Origin: a bacterium
GTDB taxonomy: Bacteria > Patescibacteriota > Minisyncoccia > UBA11713 > 2-01-FULL-45-33
Assembly (NCBI GenBank): GCA_030648495.1
Contig: JAUSHV010000045.1
Location: 1-54,804 of the forward strand
DNA: 54,804 nucleotides
Direction: 5' to 3'
The position numbers and the translations under genes were made by a program. Positions 17,416 through 25,820 of this stretch are shown in pieces. The notes beneath the pieces are model-generated. The model searched no databases. It saw only the letters and a list, made by a program, of their open reading frames with translations, and was not told where the DNA came from. Numbering within the stretch: position 1 is the first letter of the stretch; every line of letters starts with the position of its first letter.

Positions 17416-18127
17416 TTTGGTGCATATGATGATAAAGTTTTCCTCCGCCTCCGTATAATTTTTCAAGCTCTGCCGAACTTAAAACTTCCGAAGGCGGGCC
17501 GAAACAAGTCTGTGCTTTGTTCAGGCACAGCACTTTGTTCGCGTATTTATAAATAACGGAAAGGTCGTGCGAAATAAGCATAAGCGTAAGACCGTGTTCG
17601 TCCTGAAGCTTGTGCAAAAGCTCATAAACCGTCTCCTGACCGGCTATGTCCACACTTGCGGTGGGCTCGTCGAACATCAAAAGATCCGGGTGCCCTACTA
17701 CCGCCCAGGCGATAAGCGACCTCTGCAATTCTCCCGAAGACAACTCACCTATTTTGGTATTTAAAAATTCTTTTCCCAATCCGACGGACTTTAGCGCTCC
17801 CGCGTATGAATGGTCACCGTCCCAATTTTTGGCCGCAACCGCGTGCGTTCTCAAAGACAAAAACTCCCCGACGGTAATCGGCAAGTCCCTTTCCAAGTCA
17901 ACTTTTTGAGGAACATAGCCTATCCTGATATTTTTATCTTTTATTATTTCCCCAGAATACGGCACTGCGCCCAAAATCGCCCGGAAAAGTGTGGTTTTGC
18001 CGGCGCCGTTGGGCCCGATAACCGCCAGAGAATCTCCTTTGTCCAAAGAAAAAGAAACTGCGTTTAAAATGTTGCCATTTTTCGGTCCGACTTTCAAATT
18101 TTTAATTTCTAAAATAGACACGGTCAA
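17405..18127 (-). CDS. Metal ABC transporter ATP-binding protein
   Basis: Walker A GPNGAGKTT, signature LSSGELQR, Walker B LLMFDEP. Confidence 0.85.
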   Translation of the reverse strand: MTVSILEIKNLKVGPKNGNILNAVSFSLDKGDSLAVIGPNGAGKTTLFRAILGAVPYSGEIIKDKNIRIGYVPQKVDLERDLPITVGEFLSLRTHAVAAKNWDGDHSYAGALKSVGLGKEFLNTKIGELSSGELQRSLIAWAVVGHPDLLMFDEPTASVDIAGQETVYELLHKLQDEHGLTLMLISHDLSVIYKYANKVLCLNKAQTCFGPPSEVLSSAELEKLYGGGGKLYHHMHQNGN

Positions 18128-18621
18128 TGTTTCTTCATTAATAGCTCCCTGAGTTTGTTTATGTCGATATTTTTTTTCATTTCGATGAGCTCCGCGTCAT
18201 CCCGCGGATTTAGGCCGAGATGGTCGTGTATTTCATCAAGCATTTTCAATATTCTTGTAATTTCCTCTTCTGTCTCTATGGAAACAATCAGATCAAGCTC
18301 CATCCTCAACCTCGCCAATGTACTCTCCCTGTTTTGACTAATTAATACGACGGTGCTTAAAAAAATTGCCTCTAGAGAAACAATCATTGTAAGTAATCCG
18401 AAGGGAAACTGGTCAAATGGAACGATTCCGGACACCATACCGATATTAACTAAAATCCAAAAAGCAAAAAATAAAAAATTCCCAATAAGAAATAAAACTG
18501 TCCCGAAATAAGAAGTCAGTAAATCCGCTAATTTATCGGTTAGACTCTTCTTACCTTCAAGTTTCTTCAAAAGTATAAATGAAAGCTTCTCTTTTTGGAA
18601 CACCTCAATCTTAGAATGCAT
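18124..18621 (-). CDS. DUF1003-like membrane protein
   Basis: Two TM segments plus FPFGLLTMIVSLEAIFLSTVVLISQNR. Overlaps the ABC ATPase gene by 4 nt. Confidence 0.5.
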   Translation of the reverse strand: MHSKIEVFQKEKLSFILLKKLEGKKSLTDKLADLLTSYFGTVLFLIGNFLFFAFWILVNIGMVSGIVPFDQFPFGLLTMIVSLEAIFLSTVVLISQNRESTLARLRMELDLIVSIETEEEITRILKMLDEIHDHLGLNPRDDAELIEMKKNIDINKLRELLMKKH

Positions 18622-18706
18622 AAGATTAATATACCTTATTTTGATAATTTTAGCATTTCTGCCTTGACTTGCGCTCGATTATAGTCTAAGCTGGCCTTAG
18701 AATAAA

Positions 18707-19177
18707 GTGCTTATTTTGAAAAGAAATCTGCTTTTAATTTTAAGCTATCTGCTCTTCGCCACAGGCTTGATTATACTAGGATATGCTTTGCACTTGTCTT
18801 TTTCCCCTCGGTACGAAATTAAGGTAGAAGCGATGCCTCTGCCAAAAGCGGTAAGCCGTTGGGATAAAGACATCATTTGCTCCCGCGTTGCGCCGACCCC
18901 TCTTTTTCTCAATTTTTACGGAAATACAAAAGAACAATGGATAGCAGTTCTCTTTGGGCGGGAAAGAGAAATAGCAAGAATATTTATATTCCCAAAAAGA
19001 CAGGACGGTCAAAACATAGTCCGCTACGCAAACACACAAAAAGGCCTCAAAGAACTTTCAAAACTTGATGAGGCGGAATTTGCGAATTACCAAAAAAATC
19101 TTGCTTTTGCCGGAGATGAAGAAAATTTTTTTACAGCTTGCCTGGAAAAAGCCTTCGCATACAAATTTGATATTTAA
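18707..19177 (+). CDS. Small secreted or membrane-anchored 2-Cys protein, paralog of 19260-19700
   Basis: N-terminal hydrophobic segment. Shared blocks with its neighbour: EQWIAVLFG / EKWTAELYG and EENFFTACLEKA / EEIFFDECAKQG. Confidence 0.55.
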   Translation: MLILKRNLLLILSYLLFATGLIILGYALHLSFSPRYEIKVEAMPLPKAVSRWDKDIICSRVAPTPLFLNFYGNTKEQWIAVLFGREREIARIFIFPKRQDGQNIVRYANTQKGLKELSKLDEAEFANYQKNLAFAGDEENFFTACLEKAFAYKFDI

Positions 19178-19205
19178 CTTAGGTTCCCGAGACCTAAGTT
19201 TTTTA
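19177..19205 (+). terminator. Intrinsic terminator
   Basis: acttaggt-tcccgag-acctaagt followed by tttttt. Confidence 0.75.
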
Positions 19206-19259
19206 TTTGCCTTTTAAATATCAGTATGCTATCTTTTTCACAGATATAGTAAAAATTGA

Positions 19260-19700
19260 ATGATTAAATCAGCTTTGCTTTCAATTCTAACCATTTTGCT
19301 CTTTGCAACCCAAGCTTTTTCAAAACCGTATTCATCAATGCTTCCGAAAGATTTCGAAACCGCCCCAAAAAAACTAACCTGCGAGCGAGACCAGCCAACG
19401 TCTATTTATATGAAATTATATACGCATGAAAAAGAAAAATGGACAGCGGAGCTCTACGGCAAAAACAAAAAAGATCAGATTTTACTTTTTGGGAAATTAG
19501 AAAGAGATGAAAAAACTAACACCGACGGCAAATTATTTATATTTTTTATGACGCCAAGCGGATGGAAGGAAGCAAATGAATTGTCAAACGAATTAAGTGA
19601 CGAAGAAAATATCAAGTTTATTAAAACTATTCCTGAATATACCAAAGAAGAAGAAATCTTTTTTGATGAATGTGCTAAACAAGGAAAATGGGCGGATTAA
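19260..19700 (+). CDS. Small secreted 2-Cys protein (signal peptide)
   Basis: Signal peptide MIKSALLSILTILLFATQAFS. Paralog of the preceding gene. Confidence 0.55.
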   Translation: MIKSALLSILTILLFATQAFSKPYSSMLPKDFETAPKKLTCERDQPTSIYMKLYTHEKEKWTAELYGKNKKDQILLFGKLERDEKTNTDGKLFIFFMTPSGWKEANELSNELSDEENIKFIKTIPEYTKEEEIFFDECAKQGKWAD

Positions 19701-19728
19701 CTCCCGCTTTTTTTTATTTTCTGCCACT

Positions 19729-19749
19729 CTTGCCACTCCGGGAGTGGCA
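19729..19749 (+). repeat. REP-like hairpin, 5' copy
   Basis: Palindrome gccactcc-g-ggagtggc. An extra upstream arm ctgccact (19721-19728) can pair alternatively with agtggcag. Confidence 0.8.
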
Positions 19750-19765
19750 GTGCTACGCTGGGCCA

Positions 19766-20449
19766 ATGAGAAAAGATCCATTAATTACTGGTGAGATATA
19801 TCATATATGTAACAGGAGCACCGAAGGAATCCCAATTTTTTCAGAAAAAGCTGATGCAAAAAGATTTTTATCGGCACTAGCCCAATCCAATACGACAGGC
19901 TTAAGCTTGCGCGGCGCTCGACGAATGCCAAATAAAATATTCGGCGATGGCTCATCTCTTGTGGAAATATATGCCATAACCTTAATGCCAAATCACTTTC
20001 ATATTTGTGTAAAACAGTTAGAGAATAACGGCATAACGCTTTGGATGCATAGAACTTGCAATAGTTTTGCCAAATATTTCAATATTATCAATGAGCGGAA
20101 GGGGTCTCTTTTTATGGGAAGGTTTAAAGCTGTGCCGATAACCGAAAACCGACAACTTTTCCACGTTCTTGTTTATATTAATGCGAATCCGCTAGATCTT
20201 TATGCGCCGGGATGGAGAAAGGGCAAAATAAATAATTGGAATGCCGCCAAATCATTCTTAAATAATTATTCGTTTTCAAGTTTCGGCCTAGTAGCCGGCA
20301 GTACAGTTTTAGATGAAAATATTAAAAAATTGATTTTTAATAATGATTTTATAAAATCATTTACAAAAGAATATGGTGGTATAGAAAATGGAGTTAGAGA
20401 CTGGAGTAGTCGTATAACAGATGAGTATTCCAATATATTTTTAGAATAG
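19766..20449 (+). CDS. Y1 (HUH) transposase, IS200-like / RAYT family
   Basis: ITLMPNHFHICV (HUH motif) and HVLVYINANP (catalytic Tyr motif). Track ORF trimmed to MRKDPLITGEIYHICNR. Confidence 0.8.
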   Translation: MRKDPLITGEIYHICNRSTEGIPIFSEKADAKRFLSALAQSNTTGLSLRGARRMPNKIFGDGSSLVEIYAITLMPNHFHICVKQLENNGITLWMHRTCNSFAKYFNIINERKGSLFMGRFKAVPITENRQLFHVLVYINANPLDLYAPGWRKGKINNWNAAKSFLNNYSFSSFGLVAGSTVLDENIKKLIFNNDFIKSFTKEYGGIENGVRDWSSRITDEYSNIFLE

Positions 20450-20467
20450 CCGTTTTATCGCTATCCC

Positions 20468-20488
20468 CTTGCCACTCCGGGAGTGGCA
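20468..20488 (+). repeat. REP-like hairpin, 3' copy
   Basis: The 21 nt are identical to 19729-19749. Lies between the convergent transposase and PolX genes. Confidence 0.8.
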
Positions 20489-20494
20489 AAATCT

Positions 20495-22237
20495 CTATTT
20501 CAGCATTTTGAGCATCTTATCAACCGGCCAAGCGTTGATGATATTTTTCTTCTCTGCCCAGCCACGGCGGGCTTGGGCGATGCCGAATTCTAGAAATTTA
20601 TAATGGGCCTTGGAATGGGCGTCCGAATCTATGGACATTTTAACGCCTGCCAGAACGCATTTTTTTATATATTCGTCTTTAATATCGGAACGGTCCGGAA
20701 ATGCGTCAATTTCCAAAACGGTTTTCGTTCTTTTGGCCGTTTTTATAATTTCATCTATATCCAATTCAATTGGGCCACGCTTATCAATAACCCGCGCGGT
20801 AAGATGAAAAATAATATCGATGTTCCGGTTCTCCATCGCACGAATAACCCTCTTGGTTTGCTCTTCGCGCGTTAAATTAAAATGGCTGTGTACCGCTGCC
20901 CCCACAACATCCAGCTTTGTCAGGGTTTTGTCATCAATATCCAATGAACCGTCTTTCATAATATTTACCTCCGCGCCTTTTAATACTCTAAACCCTTTGC
21001 CCCTTGCTCTGAATGCTTTATTTATTTTATCAATCGCCGCCATTTGCCTCAAAAGTTTTTTTTCATCGGACCCGCCGGTCATGGCAAGCGCCTTTGTATG
21101 GTCGGTAATTGCTATATATTCCAATCCCGTTTTTTCCGCAGCTTCGGTCATCACTTCAATAGAATCTTCGCCGTCGGTCCAGTCCGTCTGCACCTGAAGA
21201 TCGCCTTTCAAATCATTATAATTAATAAGCTTAGGTAGCGTTGCCGATCTCGAAGCCTCGATCTCTCCCGTATTTTCACGTAACTCCGGCTCTATATATA
21301 GAAGCCCTAATTTTTTATATAGTTCTTCTTCGCTCTTGCCGGCAATTTGCTTCTTGCCTTTCCATAATCCGTACTCATTCAGCTTCCAGCCTTTTCTTTG
21401 CGCGAGATCCCTAAGTTTTATGTTGTGGTCTTTGGAGCCGGTAAAATAATTGAGCGCAGCGCCATATGACCCTGCCGGCACGACCCTCAAATCCGCGTCC
21501 AGTCCATTTTTTAATTTAACCATTGTTTTTGTTTTGCCTTTTGAAAAAACATGCTCAATGAATGGCAAGCCGACGAACCGGTCCATCACGCGCTCCGGTT
21601 TTGTAGAAATAGCCAAAAAATCTATATCGCCTATCGTCTCTTTCCTACGCCGCGTTGATCCGGCTACGATTGCGCGTTCGACTTCCGGAAAAGACCGGAT
21701 CATCTTCTCGATATTTTTAATCTCCGGGAAAATATGTCCCAAAATGCGCCTTCCGCCGGATTTTTTTAAAAATTCAATGCCTTTTAAAATTTTTCCTTCG
21801 GATTTTTGGCCGAAATGTTCAAGCTTTCTTATTTTTCCTGCATTCGCCGCCTTTTCCAAATCAGAAATATTCTTAATTTTTAACTTTTGATAAAAAGTTT
21901 TTATCATTTTTGGGCCAACACCCTCAATCGCAGATAATTCGGAAATATTCACAGGAATTTTTTTCTTCAGTCTCTCATGTTCCGCAAAACTGCCTTTTTT
22001 GAGCAGGCTCTCGATATGAAAAGCTATTCCGTCACCAATTCCGGGAATTTTTTTCAACGCGTCTTTGCCGCCTTTATCATACAAATCTTTCATTTCTTCG
22101 CCGGACGCCTCAACTTCAATGGCGGCTTTTTCATAAGCGCGGGGTTTGAAAAGCACTCCCTCCATCTCATAAAGCATAGCCATCTCACGCAAATTTTTGA
22201 CTATTTCCTGATTGGTCATTTGCTCATATTTTAACAT
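20495..22237 (-). CDS. polX: PolX-family DNA polymerase with a C-terminal PHP domain
   Basis: N-terminal HhH region, GSTRRRKETIGDIDFL (nucleotidyltransferase), PHP motifs ITDHT and AAVHSHF. Track start 22351 trimmed to MLKYEQMTNQEIV. Confidence 0.85.
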   Translation of the reverse strand: MLKYEQMTNQEIVKNLREMAMLYEMEGVLFKPRAYEKAAIEVEASGEEMKDLYDKGGKDALKKIPGIGDGIAFHIESLLKKGSFAEHERLKKKIPVNISELSAIEGVGPKMIKTFYQKLKIKNISDLEKAANAGKIRKLEHFGQKSEGKILKGIEFLKKSGGRRILGHIFPEIKNIEKMIRSFPEVERAIVAGSTRRRKETIGDIDFLAISTKPERVMDRFVGLPFIEHVFSKGKTKTMVKLKNGLDADLRVVPAGSYGAALNYFTGSKDHNIKLRDLAQRKGWKLNEYGLWKGKKQIAGKSEEELYKKLGLLYIEPELRENTGEIEASRSATLPKLINYNDLKGDLQVQTDWTDGEDSIEVMTEAAEKTGLEYIAITDHTKALAMTGGSDEKKLLRQMAAIDKINKAFRARGKGFRVLKGAEVNIMKDGSLDIDDKTLTKLDVVGAAVHSHFNLTREEQTKRVIRAMENRNIDIIFHLTARVIDKRGPIELDIDEIIKTAKRTKTVLEIDAFPDRSDIKDEYIKKCVLAGVKMSIDSDAHSKAHYKFLEFGIAQARRGWAEKKNIINAWPVDKMLKMLK

Positions 22238-22454
22238 ATTGGTAAAATACACATGGGAGTGTATGCAAAAATGAATCGGGCTAACAATCAGCGCTGGAAA
22301 CTTGGCGTCAGCCTGTTTCGACACAAAAGATTGCGAAAAGCCCGTGAGCATGGGGGAATGCGCCGCTTATACTTAAGGTTTACCTTTTGTTTAATGCGTT
22401 CTACCGCCGACAAGCCAATAATATGGCTTGTGTCCATGGCAAAAGCCGATAGCT

Positions 22455-22498
22455 GACCTTGCGCAGGCCAATAAACCGGTATCGGCCGAGTAGTGAAG
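22455..22498 (+). repeat. Repeat family A, partial 5'-half copy
   Basis: tgaccttgcgcagg..cggccgagtagtgaag versus the consensus agaccttgcgcag..cgagcagagaa. Confidence 0.45.
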
Positions 22499-22520
22499 CC
22501 CCCCTCCCACCCTTTTATCC

Positions 22521-22552
22521 ACAGCCCTCCATTGCGCGGGCTGTTTCTTTTT
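22521..22552 (+). terminator. Terminator-like hairpin (plus strand)
   Basis: acagccc-tccattgcgc-gggctgt followed by ttcttttt. Confidence 0.5.
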
Positions 22553-22751
22553 GAGATACTGAAGTTAGAAAATGTTTGGCGATTTTCAGGAAACTGGATA
22601 GCCTGGCACAGGTAAAAGTGTGCACCCCATCGAATGTAAGTCCTTTTAGGCAACATCGACAGCGGTTTTACCGCACTGTGCACACTCTTACTCGTACCAC
22701 AATCATTGGTTCTTTCTAAAATTTTTTTCTCTCAATGGGGCTTGCCCCAAC

Positions 22752-22789
22752 ACACCCAGGACATCGTGCCTCGGGTGTTCTTTTATTTG
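22752..22789 (+). terminator. Terminator-like hairpin (plus strand)
   Basis: acacccagg-acatcgtg-cctcgggtgt followed by tcttttatttg. No plus-strand CDS ends here. Confidence 0.5.
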
Positions 22790-22797
22790 TATTTAAT

Positions 22798-23436
22798 TTA
22801 TTGCGGCAAAGTATAAACCGGGGGAAGGGATTTTGCCCCGCCTTTATCTATGTACGGATAAAGTAGGAATAATATAAATACAGCAAACAAGTTTATAATT
22901 CCTGAAAACAGAAATAGAGATCTAAACCCGAAAAAGTCTGCTGCAATTCCTCCTATCGCTCCGCCAAGCGCAAGCGAGATCGTCTGTGTTCCTACGGAGA
23001 AAAGGCTCCACTCAAAACCTTCAGACCCCTTATCTACGTGCCGGGCAAAAATTGCATAATATGCCGACATTAAAGCCGCGTCACCTAGACCAACCATGGC
23101 TTCCACTAAATACAAATGCCATACTTTCGCAACCAAAAGTAAGGCGAACGGATAAACAACAGCGATCACCGCGCCGATTATCAAAACAATGAAATCGTCT
23201 TTCTCGCCCTTATTTCTATCCAAATACCGCGCCAACGGAACTTGAATAATAGATTTAGCGACCGCGTAAAATGCCAAGGCAAAACCTACAGTCGATAGCG
23301 ACGCGCCTTGCACAAAATCTTTTATAAAAATAGCAAAAATCGGTATAAATAATCCTGTAGACGCTATCACGAAAAAGAGATAGAAAAGCAATATCTGAAC
23401 AGCGCGGTTTATGGTTAAATTTATCCTTATATGCAT
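22798..23436 (-). CDS. Six-TM MFS-like membrane protein (half-size)
   Basis: 212 aa, six hydrophobic segments, loop motif ARYLDRNKGEKDD resembling MFS motif A. Confidence 0.5.
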   Translation of the reverse strand: MHIRINLTINRAVQILLFYLFFVIASTGLFIPIFAIFIKDFVQGASLSTVGFALAFYAVAKSIIQVPLARYLDRNKGEKDDFIVLIIGAVIAVVYPFALLLVAKVWHLYLVEAMVGLGDAALMSAYYAIFARHVDKGSEGFEWSLFSVGTQTISLALGGAIGGIAADFFGFRSLFLFSGIINLFAVFILFLLYPYIDKGGAKSLPPVYTLPQ

Positions 23437-23438
23437 GT

Positions 23439-24614
23439 TTAAATATCTTTTGCTATCTTAATGTCTCTGATCTTATACATTTTTTTCACGGCCATGCTTT
23501 GCATCGCGCGGTTTGTGATATAACCGATTAACGCCAGTACTATGAAATAAATAGCACCTGCCAAATTTAGCTTTGGAGGTTGTTGGGTAAAAAGATTGAT
23601 TAGCGTAGCCCCTACTCCCATTGAAGTAATAACTGCAAGATTTTTTACGGAGCTTTCGGTACTTTTCGCCTGAAGCCCGGAAAACAAATCCAGAGCGGAA
23701 TTTACATAATTTTTCGTCATCCCCCAAATATCTTTTATGTATCCTAACGTATCTATCAGGGTTTCATATTTAAATTCCAGAATGTCCATAAATTTTTTAA
23801 GCTCATCGTTCCTTTTTGCGATTGCTTCGCGCGTGCGGATATACGCGCCCATTTGGTTTATCCGCGACTCAATAAGATTAATGGTTTTCGCAAAACTTTC
23901 CACCTTATCTTTAAAGGCGGGTATGTCTTTGCCTTTAATTTCGCCGCGTTCTTTTACGTCCGCGATATGCTCCCAAATTGTCCTATGCAAATTGAGATAC
24001 CTGTGGAGCTGGCCCTTAAATTCGCGCATAAAAATCTGCTCGTTTATAAAATTTTCAATATTGCCGATCTTTTCTTTTAAATTATTTATTATATAAAGTT
24101 TGTTTCCCCGATAGATTTCGAACTCCGGTTTCATTATCTCAAAATATTTATCTTGATCGAAATGCGCCAATAGGCCTTCTATTTCATTTCTCTTCGCGTT
24201 GTCTAAAACAATAAAGTACGGATATATGGTTTTGATATTGGCCAGCTCTTTTGGTATCGGCGCGCCGAGGCTGAAAATGTAGCTTATGGCGGGCGAGAGC
24301 TTTGTTTCGTAATAGGAAGTCAGTTCCCCGATAATCTCTTTAATATCCCCCTCCGGCTTGGGATTGCTTAATACGATCAGGCCGTCCTCATATATCTTTA
24401 TCTCTATTCTGGACTTGGACCGGAACAGTATATAGTCCAGACTTTCTATTTTCATCTCTATTGAGTCTATTCCGAGCGCTCCCCGCAAATCCTTGAGCTT
24501 CGCCGCGTCCAACGCCAATTCCGACTTTCCTTCTTTCAAAAAATCATAAATCTCGGACAAATGCAGAGTTGTCCTCTGAAACCACCCCCCTATGTATATT
24601 TTTTGGATATTCAT
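23439..24614 (-). CDS. Hypothetical protein with a large soluble domain and two C-terminal TM helices
   Basis: 391 aa. The C-terminus has NLAVITSMGVGATLINLF and AIYFIVLALIGYI. No family recognised. Confidence 0.5.
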   Translation of the reverse strand: MNIQKIYIGGWFQRTTLHLSEIYDFLKEGKSELALDAAKLKDLRGALGIDSIEMKIESLDYILFRSKSRIEIKIYEDGLIVLSNPKPEGDIKEIIGELTSYYETKLSPAISYIFSLGAPIPKELANIKTIYPYFIVLDNAKRNEIEGLLAHFDQDKYFEIMKPEFEIYRGNKLYIINNLKEKIGNIENFINEQIFMREFKGQLHRYLNLHRTIWEHIADVKERGEIKGKDIPAFKDKVESFAKTINLIESRINQMGAYIRTREAIAKRNDELKKFMDILEFKYETLIDTLGYIKDIWGMTKNYVNSALDLFSGLQAKSTESSVKNLAVITSMGVGATLINLFTQQPPKLNLAGAIYFIVLALIGYITNRAMQSMAVKKMYKIRDIKIAKDI

Positions 24615-25204
24615 TATCCTTTTATCTTAACAGCTTTTGCTTGTTTTAATAACTTGGGAAGTTTCCTAAAATCCGCTTCCAAATCTTTCAGAACCGTCGT
24701 TGAGCGAAGCGCGGCGGCGGGGTGGTAGAGAGGCATTACAATAAATCTTTGCCCCTCCTTCGTTAAAACTTCGGAGAGCACGCCATGATTCTCCGAAATT
24801 TTTGCGCTTGGAAGAAAATAATTCATGGCAAATCTTCCGAGCGGGACAATTATTTTAGGATTGATGATTTTAATTTGTTTTTGCAAGTAAGACGAATATG
24901 CGGCAATCTCTTTGGGCAACGGGTCGCGGTTTTTCGGCGGACGGCGCTTTACAATATTTGTAATATAAACCGATTCGCGCGGCCATTTTATCTCCATCAA
25001 AAGCCTATCTAAAAGCTGTCCTGCTCTGCCCACAAAAGGCCTTCCCGATTTATCTTCATGGAATCCCGGCGCCTCGCCGACGAACATTACCTCCGCGTTC
25101 TCATCCCCTTCACCGAAAACAAGATTCGCTCCGCCAAAAAACGGCAGGGACGCATTCTCAGCCATTTTAAGTTTGAGAGCTTCTAATTTTTTCCACTTAT
25201 CCAT
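24614..25204 (-). CDS. Uracil-DNA glycosylase, family 4
   Basis: VMFVGEAPGFHEDKSGRPFVGRAGQLLD and HPAAALR. Confidence 0.85.
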   Translation of the reverse strand: MDKWKKLEALKLKMAENASLPFFGGANLVFGEGDENAEVMFVGEAPGFHEDKSGRPFVGRAGQLLDRLLMEIKWPRESVYITNIVKRRPPKNRDPLPKEIAAYSSYLQKQIKIINPKIIVPLGRFAMNYFLPSAKISENHGVLSEVLTKEGQRFIVMPLYHPAAALRSTTVLKDLEADFRKLPKLLKQAKAVKIKG

Positions 25205-25207
25205 GGT

Positions 25208-25819
25208 TTATTTTTTGCCCGCATATTCACGCCTGTTTTTGAACACATGGTAAATACCCGGCAGAAACGAAACGAATATTATCGTTAAAATTATCGGGAG
25301 CAAATATTTGTCTATGTTTGGAACTACGCTACCCAAGAGATACCCAAGCAAGGTCATACCGAGCGACCAAAGCGCCCCGCCCAAAATGTTATAAAAAAAG
25401 AATGTTTTGTATTCCATTTTCCCTACTCCGGCAAGAATCGGCGCGAATGTCCTGATAACGGGCAAAAAACGTGCAAGGACGATTGTCATAGGCCCCTTTT
25501 TTTCATAAAAATTTCTGGCCCGCTCCAGATGGTCTTTATGAAAAAGCAGAGAATCTTCTTTTTTAAAGAGCGCAGGGCCCACCTTCGCGCCGAACGCGTA
25601 ACCGAAATTGTCCCCCAAAACCGCACCTACAAACATCAACGGAGCCAACATCCAGATATTAAGATACCCCTGTGATGCCAGAAATCCCGCCGTAAAAAGC
25701 AATGAATCGCCGGGAAGAAAGAAACCGATGAATAAACCGGACTCAGCAAAAATAATAAAAAAAAGCCCCAGATAACCGGCAGTTTTGATAAGATTTTCCA
25801 AATCTATCCCAAAAAACAT
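25208..25819 (-). CDS. DedA/VTT-family membrane protein
   Basis: FFLPGDSLLFTAGFLA and RFLPVIRTFAPILAG. Confidence 0.75.
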   Translation of the reverse strand: MFFGIDLENLIKTAGYLGLFFIIFAESGLFIGFFLPGDSLLFTAGFLASQGYLNIWMLAPLMFVGAVLGDNFGYAFGAKVGPALFKKEDSLLFHKDHLERARNFYEKKGPMTIVLARFLPVIRTFAPILAGVGKMEYKTFFFYNILGGALWSLGMTLLGYLLGSVVPNIDKYLLPIILTIIFVSFLPGIYHVFKNRREYAGKK

Positions 25820-25820
25820 A

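Larger units (their letters stand above)
19721..20488 (+). mobile_element. IS200-like / REP-associated Y1 transposase unit bounded by identical hairpins
   Basis: A HUH/Y1 transposase ORF flanked on both sides, within 20 nt, by the identical 21-mer cttgccactccgggagtggca. Confidence 0.65.
22238..22797. other. ORF-free structured region; candidate ncRNA(s) and/or decayed repeat cluster
   Basis: No protein-like ORF. A 14-bp long-range helix (22612-22625 with 22678-22691) encloses two hairpins. Two plus-strand terminator-like hairpins. A partial repeat-A copy. Confidence 0.4.

Noticed and set aside
22288-22683. 131-aa minus-strand ORF in the track (MHSAVKPLSMLPKRTYIRWG..).
   Set aside because: The composition is not protein-like (rich in W, R, C, P; no domain-like pattern). 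It spans hairpins and a repeat fragment, and its track start is upstream of the real polX start. I treat the area as non-coding.
22352-22797. RNase P RNA hypothesis. The minus strand has GGTACGAGTAAGAGTGTGCAC and GTGCCAGG, reminiscent of E. coli M1 RNA GGUGCGGUAAGAGCGCACC and GUGCCAGGUAACGCC.
   Set aside because: The motif order is wrong for type-A RNase P: the S-domain-like block precedes the P4-like block. There is no GAGGAAAGUCC / ACAGAA..GGCUUA pair forming P4. The resemblance is short enough to be chance. An Rfam scan would settle it.
22238-23436. Idea that the ORF-free region is the decayed C-terminal half of the six-TM MFS-like gene.
   Set aside because: Translating the minus strand downstream of the stop at 22798 in all three frames gives no hydrophobic TM-like stretches, only stop-rich hydrophilic sequence.
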